64,000 nucleotides of DNA, taken from an uncultured Gemmatimonadales bacterium (GTDB lineage: Bacteria > Gemmatimonadota > Gemmatimonadetes > Gemmatimonadales > GWC2-71-9). Positions 1 to 9,594 of the stretch are shown here, one piece after another. Position 1 is the first letter of the stretch. The number at the start of each line of letters is the position of its first letter. The DNA lies in NCBI GenBank assembly GCA_963795085.1, contig CAWCFX010000001.1, positions 512,001-576,000 of the forward strand, given 5' to 3'. The translations under genes and the position numbers were made by a program. Below the pieces are notes generated by a model. The model ran no database searches. It saw nothing but the letters and a program-made list of their open reading frames with translations, and was not told the DNA's origin.

Positions 1-1702
1 TGACCGGCGCCAGGTCCCGGGGCTGTTTCGACGGTCCAAGCAGGGATGCCGAGTACACGGTCACGAAGCTGCCGGCCCCCTCCGTGACGCAGGTGCGCAC
101 GGCGTCGTCACTCCCGGTGCACTGCTGGTATTTCTCATCCCCGGCGACCACGAACAGGTCCACCGCATCGTCCCGCCGAAAGACCAGCATCATGTAGCCG
201 GGCTTCGACGCGCCCCAGACCAGGCCCGGCCCCATCCGGATGGAGGACATCTTGCTCCCCGCGCCGCTTACCAGCACGAAGCGGGGATCGAACTCGCCGG
301 CGCCGGTCAGCACCTGCAGGCTGTGATCGTGTCCGCCGGCGTAGATCAGCGGCGGCTTACGGCTCTCGTCGAAAGTCCGGCGCAGGCCGGCCAGCAAGGC
401 GTCGTAGGGCGGCGAGTTGAGGTCCTGGACCAGGGCGCCGGCCTGCTTGAGCACGTAGGCGACGCCGAGGGTGTGGTAGCCCGGGATGATGGCGCCGTGG
501 GGGCCGGCCGAGTAGTAGGGATGGTGGGCGACCAGGACCACCTCCCGGTCCCGGGCGCCGTCGATGGTCTGGCGCAAACGGGTAAAGAACTGGTCGTGGG
601 AATCGCGGGAGCGCTCCTGCAGGAACCAGTGGGTATCGAAGAAGACAATCCGGACATTCCGCCTGAGGTCCCGGTACACCGGGCCCGGGTCGCCTCCCGA
701 GGGAAGCAGGGCGACCTTGGCCCCGGCCTCGCGGGCGCTGTCCAGTTGCCATTCCTGGTTGAGTACGCGGCGGAACCCTTCATCACCGGTGGTGTTGCCC
801 CAGTCGTGATTTCCGGGAACAAAAAGCCCGATGGTGGCGCGCCGGGCCGCCTCGGTGCCGCTGACCAGGTCCACCTGGCTCCTGAGCCGGGCCGAATCGG
901 CGGGAAAACCGGGGTCGTCCCGGTCATGCACGCCCTGGGGATAGACGTTGTCTCCGAGGAACGTCACGGTGACCGCGGAGTCGCGGCCGAGCGCGGCGGA
1001 CCACCGCTCCACGTCCGCCTTCAGCGCCGCCAACAGGGGCGACTTCCCGGCCTCGGCGGCGCCCGCATCGCCAACCAGGAAGACGACGGCATCCACCTCG
1101 GCCGGCTTGGGGATCGGGACGCCGGAGAGTTCCGGAAAAGTGACGGGATCGAGATCCAGGAGGTTGGTGGCGCCAAAGACCGCAAAGAGAAACAGCCCGA
1201 TGAACCCGAGCGCGCCGGCGGTTCCCACGATGAGGGGATGGCGGGGGACTCGGCTGATGCGGAGGGAGAGCACGGTTCCCGCGACCAGGAGGATCGCGCC
1301 GCCAATCACGGCGCCGGCCCAGTTGCCCACCCCGCTGCCCCAGCCCCACCCCCCGATGAGGGCGCCGAGAACCACCCCCGCGAGGAACGACGCAAACCCG
1401 ACCGAGGTGGCCCAGGCCACGGAATGGGGGCGCCGGCGCCCGAGACGGTACCCGAAGAAGGCGCCCAGCGGCACCGGCAGTACCTCCCAACGGAAGGCGA
1501 CCAGGTCTTCCAGCCCGAAGATGTAGGTGCCGAACTGTGCCTGGGCCACCACGATAGCCAGCGTCACCATGAATCCCGTCACCGCTCCGCCAACCACAGC
1601 CAGGAGCGCGATGGCGGCGTGAATGATCTGGAGCCGGGCGCGGTAACCCCTTGTTAGAGGGTGATTTTCGGCTTCGGTTGGGGTCGCCTGGTCGGGCGGC
1701 AC
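1..1702 (-). CDS. Membrane-anchored calcineurin-like metallophosphoesterase (3' end runs off the window; start uncertain, GTG 1702 or TTG 1711)
   Basis: Manual minus-strand translation (not in the ORF track): several hydrophobic N-terminal helices, then VGDAG, LGDNVY, PGNHDW, AHHP and GGHDH motifs. Confidence 0.8.
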   Translation of the reverse strand, partial: MPPDQATPTEAENHPLTRGYRARLQIIHAAIALLAVVGGAVTGFMVTLAIVVAQAQFGTYIFGLEDLVAFRWEVLPVPLGAFFGYRLGRRRPHSVAWATSVGFASFLAGVVLGALIGGWGWGSGVGNWAGAVIGGAILLVAGTVLSLRISRVPRHPLIVGTAGALGFIGLFLFAVFGATNLLDLDPVTFPELSGVPIPKPAEVDAVVFLVGDAGAAEAGKSPLLAALKADVERWSAALGRDSAVTVTFLGDNVYPQGVHDRDDPGFPADSARLRSQVDLVSGTEAARRATIGLFVPGNHDWGNTTGDEGFRRVLNQEWQLDSAREAGAKVALLPSGGDPGPVYRDLRRNVRIVFFDTHWFLQERSRDSHDQFFTRLRQTIDGARDREVVLVAHHPYYSAGPHGAIIPGYHTLGVAYVLKQAGALVQDLNSPPYDALLAGLRRTFDESRKPPLIYAGGHDHSLQVLTGAGEFDPRFVLVSGAGSKMSSIRMGPGLVWGASKPGYMMLVFRRDDAVDLFVVAGDEKYQQCTGSDDAVRTCVTEGAGSFVTVYSASLLGPSKQPRDLAPV

Positions 1703-1874
1703 AGGGTCCAAGGTCGGGCTCCGGCAAGGGTCCGCCGACAAGTTACGGTGTCCGGGCCTCAGGGAATGGTACGTATGTCACGTTTCGGCGGGCCAGGCCG
1801 TACGCAAGGGGACCTGTAGGTTGCCGGCCGCCGGCTTAGTATTCCATGACCGGTTCTTCACAGCGGGGGAGACC

Positions 1875-2276
1875 ATGCCCGAACGTTCTCAATCACGCCG
1901 AACCTTCCTGGCCGTGGCTGGCGGAGGGGCCCTGTTCCTGCTGACCGGCCGCCGGCCCCGGCCCCAGCACCCAGACCCCCGGCCCGGCATCACGGCGAGC
2001 CGGGTCCTGGCCGCCGAGCAGCTGGCCGATTATCCAGACGCCATCTCCGCGTTCGACGCGGCGCGCCAGATTCCCCAGGTGGTTGACGGGATCCGGTGCA
2101 GCTGCGGCTGCGCCACCCGGGAAGGCTTCTACTCCCTACTCTCCTGCTACGAGGAAGACGGCATGGCCCGCCACTGCGAGGTGTGCCAGGGGACGGCGAG
2201 GCTGGCCTACCGGCTGCACCGGCAGGGAAAGACGCTGGCCCAGATCCGGGAGGCGGTGGATTTGAGGTTCAGGTAA
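1875..2276 (+). CDS. PCYCGC-motif-like Cys-rich protein with twin-arginine signal
   Basis: SRRTFL signal; CSCGC..SLLSCY..HCEVC; GGGGAG upstream of ATG. Confidence 0.7.
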   Translation: MPERSQSRRTFLAVAGGGALFLLTGRRPRPQHPDPRPGITASRVLAAEQLADYPDAISAFDAARQIPQVVDGIRCSCGCATREGFYSLLSCYEEDGMARHCEVCQGTARLAYRLHRQGKTLAQIREAVDLRFR

Positions 2277-2345
2277 GAAAAGGGGGCAAGAGGGTCAGGG
2301 GGCCAGAGGGCAAGGGGCCAAGGGGGCCAATGGGCAAGGGAGGGA
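2277..2345. repeat. Degenerate purine-rich octamer tract (GGGGCAAG/GGGCCAAG-like)
   Basis: Visible 8-nt periodicity in the intergenic region. Confidence 0.6.
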
Positions 2346-2390
2346 CAGCCGGACCGGAGTTCCGTAGACTTTCCGCGTGGGGGAGTGGTG

Positions 2391-3275
2391 ATGAGACGAG
2401 GTATCGGAGTGCTGGGTGTGGCGGTACTGAGCCTGAACGCGGCGAATGGCTTCGCCCAGGTGCGGGCGAGCGAGCGCGCCCTGGTGCGGCAGACGATCAA
2501 CGGGACCACGATCGAAGTTGACTACGCCCGGCCCAGGATGCGCGGGCGGGCGGGAATTTTTGGCCAGGAGGTCCACTGGCAGGAAGTGTGGACCCCGGGT
2601 GCCAACATGGCGACCACGCTGGAGGTGAGCGGGGACATCCAGCTCAACGGCCAGCGGGTTCCCCGCGGCAAGTACTCGGTCTGGATGGTCGTGCGGCAGG
2701 GCGCCTGGACCGTGCTCCTCGATTCCACCGTTGACCGTTTTCACATGAACCGGCCCGATCCGGAGCAGGTTCCGATCCGGTTCGACCTGACGCCGGAGAC
2801 GCGCCCGCGCCAGGATGTGCTGACCTGGTCATTTCCCCAGATCACCAATACCGGTGGTATCCTGGCGATGCACTGGGACACCCTCTATGTCCCCATGTCG
2901 GTCAAGGTAGAGTCCCCTTATTCACTCACCGTCCGGGCGGAGGCCGCCCGGCCGATCGTCGGCCGCTACGAGATGCGGTGGCTGGGACCGCCCGAACCGG
3001 GAAGCGACGGCGGTCCCACTCTGCTGAACGTGACCTACGAGCGGGGTTCTCTCTTCTCCAGCGTCAATCCACCCCCCTTCCCTGGATACGACACCTTTGT
3101 CCTGCTCCCCCTCCGGGATGACTGGTTCATCCCCGGCTGGTGGAGGGAAGGGGACCTGTACGACGCCGATGACAGCATGGTCATGGAGTTCACGCTGGAG
3201 GCCGGAACGGCGACAGGCTTTACCATGCGGCTGAAAAACGACCAGATCATAGGGACCGGCCTCCGGGTGCAGTGA
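2391..3275 (+). CDS. DUF2911-domain secreted protein
   Basis: Signal peptide; RASE..V.Q.INGT.I.VDY.RP..RGR..W.PGAN.AT pattern. Confidence 0.8.
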   Translation: MRRGIGVLGVAVLSLNAANGFAQVRASERALVRQTINGTTIEVDYARPRMRGRAGIFGQEVHWQEVWTPGANMATTLEVSGDIQLNGQRVPRGKYSVWMVVRQGAWTVLLDSTVDRFHMNRPDPEQVPIRFDLTPETRPRQDVLTWSFPQITNTGGILAMHWDTLYVPMSVKVESPYSLTVRAEAARPIVGRYEMRWLGPPEPGSDGGPTLLNVTYERGSLFSSVNPPPFPGYDTFVLLPLRDDWFIPGWWREGDLYDADDSMVMEFTLEAGTATGFTMRLKNDQIIGTGLRVQ

Positions 3276-3335
3276 CGAAGCGCGCCCCCCGGCGATTCTG
3301 AGACCTTACGACAAACCACCAGCAAGGCGGTGCAC

Positions 3336-4238
3336 ATGAGAATACTGTTTCTTACCGGAATGATGGCGGCGATGGCCGGTCTCGGGGGCTCCGAGGCCCA
3401 GGCCCAGATCAGGGCCAGTGAACGGGGCCGGGTCTGGCAGACCGTTAACGGCACGGTCATTTCTGTGGACTATTCGCGGCCCCGGCTCCGGGGGCGGAGC
3501 GGGATCCTGGGAGGACAGGCCCGGGTCGGCGAGGTCTGGACGCCGGGCGCCAACATGGCCACCGTCCTCGAGGTGAGCGACGACGTCCGGATCAATGACC
3601 ACCCGGTGCCCAAAGGGCGGTACTCGGTCTGGATGGCCATCCGGCCGGGCGACTGGGCGCTCCTGCTCGACACCACCGCCACCCGGTTTCACACCCAGAA
3701 ACCCGGGGAAACCGAGGTGGCGATCCGGATTCCGGTGACACCGCGCCGGGGTACTGCCACCGAGGTGCTGACCTGGTCGTTCCCGGACATCGAGTCGAAG
3801 GGCGCCATCCTGCAGTTCAGCTGGGACACGGTGACCGTCTCGCTGGCCGTCCAGGCGGGTAAGGCTATCTCGACGGCTGTTCCGGCCGAGGCGGCCCGAC
3901 CACTGACCGGGCGCTACCTGATGCGGTGGATGGGGCCCCCGCGGCCGGGCATCAACCCGGCCACCAACCCTGGGGTGCCCATCAACGTCGAGGTCACCTA
4001 TCGCGACGGATCTCTCTGGGCCCGGTCCACCCCGGATCCGATTCCCGGCCACAATACCATGGTCCTCCTTCACCTCAGGGATGACTGGTACACGGTAGCC
4101 CTGTGGGAGGACGGGGCCATCTTCGACGTCATGGAAGGCGTGGTGATGGAGTTTGCGCTTGCCAGTGGAAAGGCGACCGGTTTCGAGATCCGGGCCGGCA
4201 ACGATTACCTGCTGGGCCGGGCGCAGCGCGCCGACTAG
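3336..4238 (+). CDS. DUF2911-domain secreted protein (tandem paralog)
   Basis: Same motifs as the upstream gene (VDYSRPRLRGR, WTPGANMATVLEVS). Confidence 0.8.
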   Translation: MRILFLTGMMAAMAGLGGSEAQAQIRASERGRVWQTVNGTVISVDYSRPRLRGRSGILGGQARVGEVWTPGANMATVLEVSDDVRINDHPVPKGRYSVWMAIRPGDWALLLDTTATRFHTQKPGETEVAIRIPVTPRRGTATEVLTWSFPDIESKGAILQFSWDTVTVSLAVQAGKAISTAVPAEAARPLTGRYLMRWMGPPRPGINPATNPGVPINVEVTYRDGSLWARSTPDPIPGHNTMVLLHLRDDWYTVALWEDGAIFDVMEGVVMEFALASGKATGFEIRAGNDYLLGRAQRAD

Positions 4239-4252
4239 CGGGAAGATCCGCG

Positions 4253-5302
4253 CTACCGGGGGGGCAGCCGTTCCAATGCCACGATCTCTTCGGCCAGGGC
4301 GCGGGTGAAGCGATCGGCCGCGGAGTGGACCAGGTGGTCGGCGTTCTGCATCTCGCTGGCCGGGAAGGCCATCGGCTCGGTGAAGACAAGCCGCACCCTG
4401 GACCGGGGGCCGGTAACCGAGTCCAGGGCCTGTGCCACCTCCGCCAGGTAACGCTGGAACGGCTCGGCCTGGGCCAGGCGCTCATAGACGGGAGCCGAGG
4501 CCAGGTACACGTCGAAATCGTGCTGCTCGGCCAGCGCGGCGATTCGCCGGAGGCCGCGGGCGTTATCGGCGCTCAGGTGAAACCGGTCCCGGGCCAGGAA
4601 GCGCAGATGGCCCGCGAAGTCCTGCTCCACCGAGTCCGGATAGGCCACGGTATCGGCCAGGAATCCGAGGGAATCCACGTGGCGGGGTCCCGCGGCCTCT
4701 TCCGGCGCGCCGATCCGGAGCCTCGTCTGCAGGCTCCGGTTGCTGGAGTAGAGCGGGAAGTACCGCGATTCGAGGTAGGAGCGCAGTTGCCACCGCTCGA
4801 GCTTCATGGCGGGGCGCAGTTTCCGCAGGTCGAAGTATCCCACCGGCACCGACCCGACCCGCGACCAGTCGAAATCCCGGCTCCAGATATCGTACACGTG
4901 CACGATGACGACCCGGCGGGGGGCGCCGTGCCGCTCGATGTAAGTCTGCAGCATCCAGGCATCGTTCGTGGTCAGCATGTCGCCGATGGTGCAGAGGTTG
5001 ATCGCGGTGCGGTCGCCCAGGGCTGGCGCCAGCACGGCGGGGTTCACCCCCTGGTTGCAACTGGAATCGCCCAGCACCAGGTCGTCCACCGGGTGGTCCA
5101 GCCGGAGCAGCATCCGCCACTTATGACCGATGATCCACCCGGCCAGGTTGCGGCCGCCTTCCAGCATCCGCGGGGCCACGAAGACATTGACCAGCAGCAC
5201 CAGGACAAAGACCGCGATCCAGGTCCCCAGCAGCGCGCGCGGGGTGACCGGCTGGATTACCTCGGCCGGCAGATAGCTGGAGGGCCTGGTGGACTGGCTC
5301 AT
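4253..5302 (-). CDS. SGNH-like (DltD/AlgJ/PatB-type) periplasmic protein
   Basis: N-terminal TM helix; LVLGDSS and C-terminal DHL motifs; immediately follows the MBOAT gene. Confidence 0.65.
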   Translation of the reverse strand: MSQSTRPSSYLPAEVIQPVTPRALLGTWIAVFVLVLLVNVFVAPRMLEGGRNLAGWIIGHKWRMLLRLDHPVDDLVLGDSSCNQGVNPAVLAPALGDRTAINLCTIGDMLTTNDAWMLQTYIERHGAPRRVVIVHVYDIWSRDFDWSRVGSVPVGYFDLRKLRPAMKLERWQLRSYLESRYFPLYSSNRSLQTRLRIGAPEEAAGPRHVDSLGFLADTVAYPDSVEQDFAGHLRFLARDRFHLSADNARGLRRIAALAEQHDFDVYLASAPVYERLAQAEPFQRYLAEVAQALDSVTGPRSRVRLVFTEPMAFPASEMQNADHLVHSAADRFTRALAEEIVALERLPPR

Positions 5303-5303
5303 A

Positions 5304-6728
5304 TCAGAATTGGAAGTAGATGAACTCGGTGGATTCCCGGACGCCGAACACGGTGATCCAGATGATCATCCAGGCGTACACCGGGGCCCGCCAGATGCCG
5401 GGCAGTTTGGTCAGGACCAGCAGGTCCTGCTTGAGGTACTGGAACAGCTGGACCAGGACGAGCGGCGCGGCGAAGAACAGGAAGTCGTAGAGCAGGGCCG
5501 GCGTCTCCGCGCTGGCGGCCAGGCCGGTGTGGGTAAGGATGTAGCCGATCTGCTCCACCGAGCGGGACCGGAAGATGACCCAGCCCACCAGGGTCAGGCC
5601 GAACATGATGCCCATCTTGAGCAGGGTGACGGGCCAGGTCCGGGGGCCCCGTCCCCACGGGTCGGCGTGATCGCGGTCCCACCGGAGCAGCCGGTAAAGC
5701 ACCAGGATCGCGCCATGGAAGAATCCCCAGATCACGAAGTTCCAGGACGCCCCGTGCCAGAGCCCGCCCAGGATCATGGTGAGCATCAGGTTCCGGTAGG
5801 TGGGCCAGCCGGCGATCCGGTTGCCGCCCAGCGGGATGTAGAGATGCTCCCGGAGCCAGACCGAGAGCGAGACGTGCCAGCGGGCCCAGAAGTCGCTGGG
5901 GCTGAGGGCGAAATAGGGCAGCTTGAAGTTCACCACCAGCTCGAAGCCCATCAGCTTGGCGAGCCCCCGCGCGATGTCGGAGTACCCCGAGAAATCGCAG
6001 AAAATCTGGAAGGTGAAGGCCAGCACCCCGATCAGCAGGTCGGCGCCGCTGAACTGGTGGTAGTTGTCGAAGACCCGGTTGGCGATCACGGCCAGGTTGT
6101 CGGCGACCACCATCTTCTGGAAGTATCCCCAGAGAATGAGAAAGAGCCCCGCGTTGACCTGGGCCAGCCGGATGGCCCGGGGGCGGAGCACCTGGGGCAG
6201 GAGGTTGTAGGCCAGCGAGATCGGCCCCGCGATCATCTGGGGAAAGAACGCGATGAACAGGCAGAAGTCGGGGAAGCGCCGGGTCGGCTCCATCCGGCCG
6301 CGGTACACGTCAATGGTGTAGCCCATGGCCTGGAAGGTGTGAAACGAGATCCCCAGCGGCAGGATCAGCTGCAGGGTGACCGCGTCGGCCGTGAGGCCCA
6401 CGCTGCCCAGGATGGCGACCGCGGTGTCGGCAAAGAAGTTGAAATACTTGAAGAAGCCGAGGATCGCCAGGTCAATCGAGATGGCGGCGACCAGGACCTG
6501 CTTCCGCCGCCGGGGCGAGGCCGACCGGTGGATCCAGAGCCCCGCGGTAAAGTCGTTGATGCAGGTAAAGAGGATCAGCAGCAGGAACCAGGCGTTCCAG
6601 TACCCGTAGAACCAGGTGCTGGCCAGGAGCAACAGCGTATTCTGCGCCCGGTGATGCCGCTGCACCAGGAGGTACAGGGCATAGACGAGTATGAAAAATC
6701 CTACGAAGACGTAGGAGTTGAAGAGCAT
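5304..6728 (-). CDS. MBOAT O-acyltransferase (AlgI/PatA/DltB family)
   Basis: LPLGISFHTFQ, DFSGYSDIA, FWARWHVSLS, GLWHGASWNF, EFIYFQF. Confidence 0.92.
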   Translation of the reverse strand: MLFNSYVFVGFFILVYALYLLVQRHHRAQNTLLLLASTWFYGYWNAWFLLLILFTCINDFTAGLWIHRSASPRRRKQVLVAAISIDLAILGFFKYFNFFADTAVAILGSVGLTADAVTLQLILPLGISFHTFQAMGYTIDVYRGRMEPTRRFPDFCLFIAFFPQMIAGPISLAYNLLPQVLRPRAIRLAQVNAGLFLILWGYFQKMVVADNLAVIANRVFDNYHQFSGADLLIGVLAFTFQIFCDFSGYSDIARGLAKLMGFELVVNFKLPYFALSPSDFWARWHVSLSVWLREHLYIPLGGNRIAGWPTYRNLMLTMILGGLWHGASWNFVIWGFFHGAILVLYRLLRWDRDHADPWGRGPRTWPVTLLKMGIMFGLTLVGWVIFRSRSVEQIGYILTHTGLAASAETPALLYDFLFFAAPLVLVQLFQYLKQDLLVLTKLPGIWRAPVYAWMIIWITVFGVRESTEFIYFQF

Positions 6729-6792
6729 GGCGGCAACGGTAACAGGAGGGGGGGTAGGGGATCGGTGATGTTTGACCGTTCCCCGGCCCGGG

Positions 6793-7563
6793 TCAGGCCC
6801 GGGGGGAGAAGCGCTCCAGGGTTTCCCGCTCGCCCGGCGTCAGACTGCCGATCCCGGTGGCGTTGATCTTGTCCAGGATCCGGTCGATCTCGGTACGGTT
6901 GACCTCGTGCATGGCGTCCCGGGGTATCTGGGACCACCGCTGCAGGTCGGCCACGGCGTTCCTGGTCTGGGCGGTGGCCTGGACGGGGGCGGCCTTCTTG
7001 CGAAATCCCCGGCCCGGTGCCCGCAGTTCCATGAACCGAAGGTAGAGGTAGCCGCCGAGAAACCCGCCCAGGTGGGCAAAATGGGCGATGCCGTCACCGC
7101 CGCTGCGGGCGCCGAAAAGCGAGAGAGCGGTCATGATGATCACCAGCCACCGCGCCTCCACCGGCAGGATGCCCCAGATGTAGATGTGGTCCCGGGGCCA
7201 GTACAGCGCGAAGGCCAGGGTGACGCCGAAGACCGCCCCCGAGGCGCCGATCACCCCGATGACGCCGGGAGTAAACAGAATGGAGAGAATCCCGCCCACG
7301 ATGCCGCTGGCGAAGTAGAGCCCGAGAAAGTGCCGGGTGCCCAGCCGGCCCTCCACCCGCGGTCCGAAGAAAAAGAGGGCGATCATGTTGAACAGCAGGT
7401 GGGTGCCGCTGCCGTGGAGAAACATGTAGGTCACCAGGGTCCACGGCTCCCGCGGGAAGAGGGCGGGAACCAGTACCATGCGGTTGGCCACCTCGGGCGC
7501 CAGGCCCTGCAGGAAGTACACGGCCACCGTGCCCACGATCAGTCGAAGAACCCAGGGTGTCAT
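6793..7563 (-). CDS. Rhomboid intramembrane serine protease
   Basis: TYMFLH..HLLFNM, GASG, AHLGG. Confidence 0.9.
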   Translation of the reverse strand: MTPWVLRLIVGTVAVYFLQGLAPEVANRMVLVPALFPREPWTLVTYMFLHGSGTHLLFNMIALFFFGPRVEGRLGTRHFLGLYFASGIVGGILSILFTPGVIGVIGASGAVFGVTLAFALYWPRDHIYIWGILPVEARWLVIIMTALSLFGARSGGDGIAHFAHLGGFLGGYLYLRFMELRAPGRGFRKKAAPVQATAQTRNAVADLQRWSQIPRDAMHEVNRTEIDRILDKINATGIGSLTPGERETLERFSPRA

Positions 7564-7597
7564 GAAGGGAAGGCTAGACGGGGACGGGTGGATTGGG

Positions 7598-7660
7598 AAG
7601 AGTGCAGAGGGCAGAGTGCAGAGTGCAGAGTGCAGAGTGCTGAGTGATGAGTACTGAGTG
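7598..7660. repeat. Heptamer tract (GAGTGCA)n/GAGTRCT
   Basis: About 8 tandem 7-mers. Confidence 0.8.
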
Positions 7661-7661
7661 G

Positions 7662-8576
7662 CTAGCGATCCTTTCCGGCTCCTCCGATGCGTTCCTCCAG
7701 TTCCTCCAGCGAGCGGGGCCAGTCTTCCTTGAGCAGGCGGGAGAGGCCCCGGTCGGCCATGAGCCGGCCGCCGGTCTGGCAGGTGGCGCAGTAGTTGGTC
7801 TCGTTTTCCGCGTAGCGGATCCGCTGGACCGGGTCGCCGCAGACGGGGCAGGGCAGGCCGTAGCGGCCGTGCACCGCCATTCCTTCCCGGAACGCCGTCA
7901 CCTTCACCGGGAACTGGTCGCCGGTCTCTTCCCGCAGCCGCTGGGTCCATTCGCCGAGCACGGCCCGGGTGGCGCCGAAGAGCCGGGCGATAGCGTCGTC
8001 GTCGAGCTGGCGGGTAAGCCGCACGGGCGAGAGGCGGGCCCGGTGGAGAATCTCGTCGGAGTAGGCGTTGCCGATGCCGCTGAAGAGCCGGGGATCTGTG
8101 AGTGCGCGCTTGAGCGTGTGGTTCTCGCGGCGGAGGACATCGGCGAACTCGGCCAGGCTGGTGTCCAGCACCTCCAGGCCGCCTCGGTCGAAGGCATCGA
8201 GCGCCGCCTCGCCCCGAACCACGTGCAGCGACGCTCTGCGCTTGGAGCCCGCTTCGGTGATGGCCAGGGTGCCCGAGGGGAAATCGAGCGCGGCCAGCCC
8301 CAGCTTTCCGGGCGCCTTGCCGCCCCGCTGGAGCCAGCGCAGCCGCCCGGCGATCATCAGGTGGAGCACCAGGAAGAACTCGCCGTCGAAACCAAGGACG
8401 ATGCGCTTGCCCATCCGCCGGATGGCCCGGACCCGGCGCCCCACCAGGTCGCCGGGCGGCGGGTCCACCGAGCGGAGCAGGAATGAGCTGGTGATGCGGA
8501 TGTCGTCCAGCGGCTGGCCCGCGATCCGGGCGCGCAGGTGCTCGAGGTAGAGTTCGATGTCGGGGAGCTCGGGCAT
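7662..8576 (-). CDS. Fpg/Nei-family DNA glycosylase/AP lyase
   Basis: MPELPD N-terminus, HLMIAG, GIGNAYSDE H2TH motif, CPVC..CATCQ zinc finger. Confidence 0.9.
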   Translation of the reverse strand: MPELPDIELYLEHLRARIAGQPLDDIRITSSFLLRSVDPPPGDLVGRRVRAIRRMGKRIVLGFDGEFFLVLHLMIAGRLRWLQRGGKAPGKLGLAALDFPSGTLAITEAGSKRRASLHVVRGEAALDAFDRGGLEVLDTSLAEFADVLRRENHTLKRALTDPRLFSGIGNAYSDEILHRARLSPVRLTRQLDDDAIARLFGATRAVLGEWTQRLREETGDQFPVKVTAFREGMAVHGRYGLPCPVCGDPVQRIRYAENETNYCATCQTGGRLMADRGLSRLLKEDWPRSLEELEERIGGAGKDR

Positions 8577-8610
8577 GGAGGTGAAATGTGAGAAGTGAAG
8601 TGAGAAGCGC

Positions 8611-9519
8611 CTACTCCTTCCCGACGGATTCCGCTACCGGAACCGGTGGGATCCGGGCCGCGATGACTTCCCGCCAGATATCCCAGGCCAGGATCAGGCC
8701 GGCCAGGATGACCAGTGCCGCGCCGGCCAGCTGGGAGAGTCCCGCCCGTTCGCCAAAGACGGGGATGGCCAGCAGGTAGGTAAACACGATACTGAGGTAG
8801 GTCAGGGTGCTGAGCGGCGCGGCCCGGCTGAGCGAGTAGGCCCGGGTCATGGCCAGCTGGCCCAGGCCACCGGCCACACCGGTCCCGAGAAGGAATAGCC
8901 AGCCGTGGAGGTCGGGCGTGACCCATACGGGCAGCGAGATCGCGAGGTTGGCGGCGGCCGCAACCAGGGAAAAATGCAGCACGATCGCCTCGCTGCTTTC
9001 CGTGGGCCCGATCTTCCGAAGCCACATGAGCGCGAAGGCGTAGGCCAGGGCGCCGAAGGTGGCGATGGTCGCGACATCGGCGGCGGACTCAAAAGTAGGA
9101 TGTACCACCCCGATGACCCCGACGAACGCCACCGCGACGGCGAGATATATGTGCCGGGCCACCCGCTCGCCCAGCAGGGGCCCGGAGAGCAGGGCCACGA
9201 AGACCGGCCCGGTCGCCCCCAGGGTGATGGCGTCGCCGAGGGGGATGCGGGGCGAGGTGACGCTGAAGAAGAAGCAGAAGGAGGCGAGGGTCCCGAACCC
9301 GCTCCGGAGCCAGGTGTTCTTCCGGTCGGTGACGCGGAGGCTGCTCCCCCGGGCCCGCGCGACCAGCAGCGTGATCACGGCGCCAAAGAGAAAGCGGGCA
9401 CCCGCCACCTGGGACCACGGCAGGCCCTGGCCGCCCAGCCGGCTGAAGACGTTCATCCCGGTGAACAGGAACTGGGAGGCGATCATCCAGGCGATGGCGG
9501 GAGCGATGGAGATGCGCAC
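8611..9519 (-). CDS. DMT/EamA family transporter
   Basis: About 10 TM helices in two repeats, each ending L/FGER. Confidence 0.85.
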   Translation of the reverse strand: MRISIAPAIAWMIASQFLFTGMNVFSRLGGQGLPWSQVAGARFLFGAVITLLVARARGSSLRVTDRKNTWLRSGFGTLASFCFFFSVTSPRIPLGDAITLGATGPVFVALLSGPLLGERVARHIYLAVAVAFVGVIGVVHPTFESAADVATIATFGALAYAFALMWLRKIGPTESSEAIVLHFSLVAAAANLAISLPVWVTPDLHGWLFLLGTGVAGGLGQLAMTRAYSLSRAAPLSTLTYLSIVFTYLLAIPVFGERAGLSQLAGAALVILAGLILAWDIWREVIAARIPPVPVAESVGKE

Positions 9520-9594
9520 CGGAAACCGGGGGGTGAAGGTGCCGGAAGATAATCGCCGCTGCCTCCCGCGGCGGAAGCGGTATAGAATGTCTCC

